The notes beneath the pieces were generated by a model. It ran no database searches. It saw only the letters and a list, made by a program, of their open reading frames with translations, and was not told the origin of the DNA. A stretch of 64,000 nt of DNA from Neoechinorhynchus agilis (taxonomy: Eukaryota > Animalia > Acanthocephala), in contig CM121342.1 in assembly GCA_051530055.1 (NCBI GenBank), positions 3,158,512 through 3,222,511 of the forward strand, read 5' to 3'. Of the stretch, positions 58,330 to 64,000 are shown one piece after another. The translations under genes were made by a program, and so were the position numbers. Position 1 is the first letter of the stretch. Every line of letters begins with the position of its first letter.

Positions 58330-59760
58330 AAATGCGTGAAATTTAGAAGACATTCGGTTTAGAATTTATTGGCATATGGGAAAAGTTCTATTGTCTCGGG
58401 GATCGAATTTAAACGTTGATCTGCCATTTTTTATAAAAAAATACCCGGGCTGTGGCCAATGTGATTCGAATTCATCTGTCCTTTCGGTGGAGAGTCATCT
58501 ACGTGGAATTTCTGACAAATCAGTGGTTAATGAGATTATTGAGAAATTATCGTTTGGTCTGGCTAAGTGCCTAATGGTAACTGGCTGAAGTTGCCTCTGC
58601 TGCGATCCCTAAATAATGGAGACTTGACTTCGAATGATTTGCTAAGGGCTTGGGATAAATCCGTCAAGATGTCTACGAATAATTTCTCGGCGCCCTCGAA
58701 ATGCCTTAAATTTATTGATCAATCAATAAAACCAGCAATTATTTCCTGCATTCTAATGGCATCTAGGGACGAGTGGGAAAAAATTAACACTCCTGGTTAA
58801 AGGCAAAAAACATACAGTTACTTCCCCATCTGACCCGAGGCCTATCTCAATACAAAATTCTCTAGTACCGTTATATGAGAAGGCACTCGCTGACTACCTC
58901 ATGGAATTTTGTGTGGAGAAGGACATAATCTCCTCAAACTGTCATGGTTTCTTCGAGGGTAGGTCGGTCATTTCGGCCGTTAGGGATATCTATTCTGCTC
59001 TTTCCCTCAACCCATGCAAATGCCTAGTATCTTCTGATTTCTCAGCGGCCTATGACAATATCAACCTGTAGTTTCTGCTGAGTTATATGTCTTTCCTCAA
59101 TTTTCTTAACGATATTCTTGCCCGCCTGAGGGATATACTGATCAGCAAAAATCTTTTACTTCGAAAACGACACAAATTGACACTTTCTTTCCCAATAAAA
59201 GATAGTTAATTTCCTTTTATTACCTAATAGCATTAAGCGATGCATTTTTAGGGCTAGCAGAGTAAACGTCAATTATTCTTACGCTAATAAGCGCGGATCC
59301 TCTAATTTTAGAAATAAACCATCGATTGGTACTGCCATGTTATCCTGACGAGTCGCTCGATTTTATTATCGCAGACATTAGTAAGAATGATAAAAGACAA
59401 GGTTAGTGGTGGACAATATTTAAAGCTTTGTTATTTCAAGGATCATCAGGGAACAAATCCTACCAATTTAGACCTGAAACAGATCCAAATAACAAATTGC
59501 TAAACCGAATTAAGATTTTAGGATATAATTTTAATGCAAGCCTTGAATGAGAAATTTGACCTGACACATTTTGATATTGTCAAATTAGCAAAACGTTTTT
59601 ATGTTAGAAAGCAAGTACGCTGAACCTAACGGACAAAAAACGCGTTCAAATTTGGAAAACATGGGCCATCTCTGGCCTTACGTTTTTTAGTCGCTGTGAA
59701 CCTCCGGAGCAACGTCTTATTTTTGGAGAGGTTCTGCTAAAAAATGCACTATTCCTCAAG
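58330..59760 (+). mobile_element. I/Jockey-group-like RT, degenerate with internal loss
   Basis: DPRPISIQNSLVPLYEKAL, CHGF, SDFSAAYDNI, RFLGYNF, IWKTWAISGL. Confidence 0.8.
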
Positions 59761-60689
59761 CAGCCAGATATTGACTCCTTGAAACATAATCTATGCAGAT
59801 GCATTTTCGAGGCCATCTGCCACTTTCCTGTTCGTACGAATGATCAAATAAAATTGTTATTATTATAAATGGTTCATGTGCGCGCAACCAGCTGTTGCGG
59901 TGGAGGATGGCATTGAGAATCCCTGTACCTTCTGGCATCCGGAGTAACTTTCTCAGTGATCAATATCCTAAGCATTTCGTCGAGGTGCCTTCTAAAAGAT
60001 GGCTCAATACGATAACGATTCAAGCGAATCCTGGGCAACCCAAAGAAGAGCTACGTTGACGTTATCTAGCGCCGTGACTCAAATCCTTAAAAGATGACTT
60101 TCATCGGGTATCGTCCATCAGCTTATACGGAGGAATATTAAAGATCATGTTCATTTCAACGGATCATATTGTTCATCGACGTGATTTCAAATTCTGGCAA
60201 AACGAGTTAGTGAACAAATAATGCCATTTCACGGATGTATGAGAAACACCGTTCTCCACTTTTTCTTTAATCGAAATGTCGTAGTTCCTTCTAAAGGCAA
60301 TTTCATTGTAGCAATAGGTGATGCATCCACAAACTGCCTCACTTATTTTTCTTACCTTTCCGCTACATTTTTAACCAGGGCGCTACGAGTTACCCTAAAT
60401 AGCAGACTGAATGTCGTAATCTTTTGGAACTTTTACTACTCAAAACGAAATCGTTTTAAAGAAGTAATGAAGTCACCTCTAATATGTTGTTTGTGATCTA
60501 TTATCCATCGAGTCTTAGATTAGGGGGATGTCCTTTTTCGTCCGTTAAGAAGAAATCATCATTTAACTGAAGAGGTTATAGTCCATCTTTTTCTTTCCAG
60601 ATTCAGTAATGAAATCATAAGCATTATTAGCAGCTTCGCCGTGGATATCCCAAATGACGGGCATATTGGCAAATTCGCTTCCCCTCAGA

Positions 60690-62160
60690 AGCGAAAAATA
60701 CCTTGGACGCTCACACTACCTCACCGCTTACCATCCACCACCTCCTCAACTCCCAATATCCTCTTTCCCCCCGAGTCCATTCCCGCATTCACCCCTGGTC
60801 CCTACAGTGTCAAATCCCACGAATCAGTTACCCACGAATCTATTACCCCGAACTACCCCATCGGTCAACTCCCATCCCTTCTCTCCGCGCGGCTTCAACC
60901 CTCTCCGTCAGTGTCCATCCCTCATCTCCCTTCTAAACATACCTTTCCAATAATCTTTTATTCTAACATCCGCAGGTTCCTCCCCAAACTGTATGAGCTA
61001 AATATAGTTGCCTCTTCTTGCAACGCCGACATCTTTGTAATTACGGAAACATGGCTCTCACCCCATAGCAAATTATCTGCCTTCCTTCCAAACTTTGAAG
61101 CTTTTCATCTCACGAAGGACTTCCGGAACGGGGGAGGCATATCGATCTTCATCCGCGCCTCTCTCCCTTACCATTGCTCTTCACCCTACCTTCTCATCTG
61201 CCACGATCTTGAATGGCTTCACATCTAACTTCATCTCCCCATCCGCAATGGACAACGTGAGATCTCTATCGCTAGCCTTGATCGCCCTCCTTCCTCAAAT
61301 ATCCCCAACACACTTCAACAAATAGACCACCTATTTTCTGACCTACTTTCCACTTCCTCAGATCACTTCATCATATTGGGCGATTTTAACAAACTGCCGA
61401 TCCCGCACTCGCTCTCTCATCTCTCCCAACTCGTTACTTTCCCCACACGCTTCTCCTCTCGCCTTGATAAAATTTTCTCAAACATCAGGCAATACTCATG
61501 CACTACCAAACTCCCCCCGATCGCTTTGTCTGACCATTGTTCCATCCTTCTCTCCCCCTCATCACCTCAAAAACGTTCCTTTTCCGACCCCTACGTTGTC
61601 TGGGATAAATGTCTTCATCATACCCAATCCTTTGCTGCATGTGTCAATTCTCTTATCACGCAAAATCGCTCTACCATCTTTAGCACCGACCCTCGTTTGC
61701 ACCGGGCTCTTTGTTAAATCTAACAGAATCTGCGATGAAGGCCTCCTTTTCTCGCAAAACAATGCGAATCTCGAACCGCGAACCTCCATGGTTCTCGCCT
61801 TTTCTAAAAACCCTTCAAATCCAGGTCACCAAAGCTTTCCAGCCAGGTAATCCTGCTTACCTCTCCCTCTACTCCACACTGACAAAACGCATCCGTATAG
61901 CTCGCGAATTATTCTTCTCATCTCGTCTCTCGTCCGTTCCCAATCCAAACTGGTGGCGTGAAATAAAAAATGTCACTGGTCTTGGTGGTCTTGGTAAATC
62001 CACCCCTTCGCAACCCTCGCCTTTACCTTCTCAAACTCCTCCGGCGTCTCGGCGTATCCCCTAAGCACCTTGCCCACTTTTATCTTTCTGCCATCCTTCC
62101 TATCATTACCTACGCTTTCTGCCATCCTTCCTATCATTACCTACGCTTTCCCCACCTTCC
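60690..62160 (+). mobile_element. CR1-group family 2, third copy; APE present, RT core deleted
   Basis: FYSNIRRFLPKLYEL..ITETWL, GDFN, SDHC, PPWFSP, then jumps to PRLYLLKLLRRLGV; ends in a short tandem duplication gccatccttcctatcattacctacgcttt x2. Confidence 0.88.
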
Positions 62161-62769
62161 TTGCCCAGCATGAATTTTCGTTGTCTTGAAATCTTAAACG
62201 TTTACTGATATTTAACAATAAGTCGTGCTTTTGCGCCACCGCTCTATGGAGATATCCTGGTCAAATTCCGTGTTTCTTGCAAACACGAAATATATATATA
62301 TATTATGACATTGCCCAAGGCAACGCTAATTTAATTGGCAATCGATTGATATTTTGATATCAATAATGAAGGATGTTCGTCTCAAAATTGAAACGAGAAT
62401 AACTCGAGAACCATGATAGCTATCCCGAAAATGAAATTAGGAACAAAATATTTGGCGTTAAAGGCGAAAACGTTCCTTCTTCTACAAATACGATAATGTG
62501 TTTATCCAAATATTGATACCAAAACATCAACATTTTGCTTTGATCGAATATTTAAAGTCACTCTTTTTAATCCAAACTTAGAAAGACATTGTACAAAAAA
62601 TGAAGTTTTTTTTAATAATTTAAGAGACAATCTATTACCAATTTGTAAAAAGTCGAATATTTCAAGAATACAATAAAAAAATTATTTTTGCATCTCGCAA
62701 TCACACTTAAATGCGATCGTTCTTTGAAATTTAAAATCAGTTGCTTTATTTTTAAAACAAGATAGGACT

Positions 62770-63229
62770 TGGCGGCTTCATTTTATTGTTGCCTAGTTTC
62801 TTTTAGGCCGCTAGAGGGAGAATTATTGTTGGGAAGAAAACTTTGCCGTCCGTGTCGTCCTCGAAGTAAAAGGATTTTGAGCTAAGTATATCCCTCAGGC
62901 GGGCAAGAATATCGTTAAGAAAATTGAGGAAAGACATATAACTCAGCAGAAACTACAGGTTGATATTGTCATAGGCCGCTGAGAAATCAGAAGATACTAG
63001 GCATTTGCATGGGTTGAGGGAAAGAGCAGAATAGATATCCCTAACGGCCGAAATGACCGACCTACCCTCGAAGAAACCATGACAGTTTGAGGAGATTATG
63101 TCCTTCTCCACACAAAATTCCATGAGGTAGTCAGCGAGTGCCTTCTCATATAACGGTACTAGAGAATTTTGTATTGAGATAGGCCTCGGGTCAGATGGGG
63201 AAGTAACTGTATGTTTTTTGCCTTTAACC
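62770..63229 (-). mobile_element. Inverted copy of I-like RT segment 58795-59170
   Basis: Reverse-complement near identity including the shared in-frame TAG in DNINL*. Confidence 0.88.
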
Positions 63230-64000
63230 GAATCAGCGCGTCAAGATGTACTAAATTAACTTATTCCGTACACTACAACTGTAATATTAGCATTGGAAAT
63301 CGCATTATTAAATTTTGTAAATAATCACAAGAGTGAAAGATCACTAAATTTGCAAGATTCATTAACATTAGATAACATCATTGAAATCAGCGCATCAGAT
63401 ATGCTCAAAGTGTTTTTTCATTTCGTTACAACCTTCGAACACAACAAATTTAATTAAGGTGTCTTTTATGAACTTCAATCCTTAAACTAAGGGTCAAAAT
63501 TTAACAAGCAACATCATACCGTTATTGCAGGTGAATTCAGCGTCAAAAGTAGATCTAGAAAAGTTAATTTGATCTTAAATTGATTGACGTTTTAATATCA
63601 ATAATCAAGGTAGTTTGTCTCAAAATGTAACAACAAATAACTCAAGAACCATGATAGCTATCGCAAATCCAAAAACAGATTTTGAATCAGCGCGTCAGGA
63701 TGTACTAAATTAACTGATTCCGTACACTACAGCCTTAATATTCGGATCGGAAATCGCATTATCATATTTTGTCAATATTCACAAGAGTGAAAGATCACTA
63801 AATTTGCAAGATTCATTAACATTAGATAACACCATTGAAATCAGCACATCAGATATGCTCAAAGGGTTTTTTCATTTCGTTACAACCTTCGAACACAACA
63901 AATCTAATTAAGATGTCTTTTATGAACTTCAATCCTAAAACTAAGGGTACAAAATTTTACAAGCAACATCAAACCGTTATTGCAGGTGAATTCAGCGTCA
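63230..64000. repeat. 454-bp tandem repeat (at least 1.7 units, runs off window)
   Basis: gaatcagcgcgtca.gatgtactaaattaac at 63230 and 63684; diverged partial copy at ~62335-62430. Confidence 0.88.

Overview
AT-rich eukaryotic DNA, most likely from a compact-genome animal (inference: forkhead gene, animal-type membrane trehalase, Penelope/CRE/RTE/CR1-group/Ty3-gypsy elements, several candidate 20-35 nt GT-AG introns of the size reported for dicyemids). Host genes: 3' part of a pyruvate kinase, a GH37 trehalase split by a ~400-nt inverted-repeat-bounded insertion with no frame-restoring canonical splice sites, a tRNA-Tyr, a divergent forkhead gene and a tandem KH-domain array. 6.9-41.2 kb is a permuted inverted segmental duplication (A-B-C-D / spacer / C'-B'-A' / D'-C'') filled with a mosaic of retroelement fragments. 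44.2-49.5 kb is a deleted, rearranged duplicate of the PK-trehalase region between 512-bp direct repeats. 49.5-64 kb is mostly retroelement debris ending in a 454-bp tandem repeat. Many paralogue differences are homopolymer indels, so some frameshifts and possibly some rearrangements may be long-read or amplification artefacts. All assignments are from motif recognition by eye; no searches or alignments were run.
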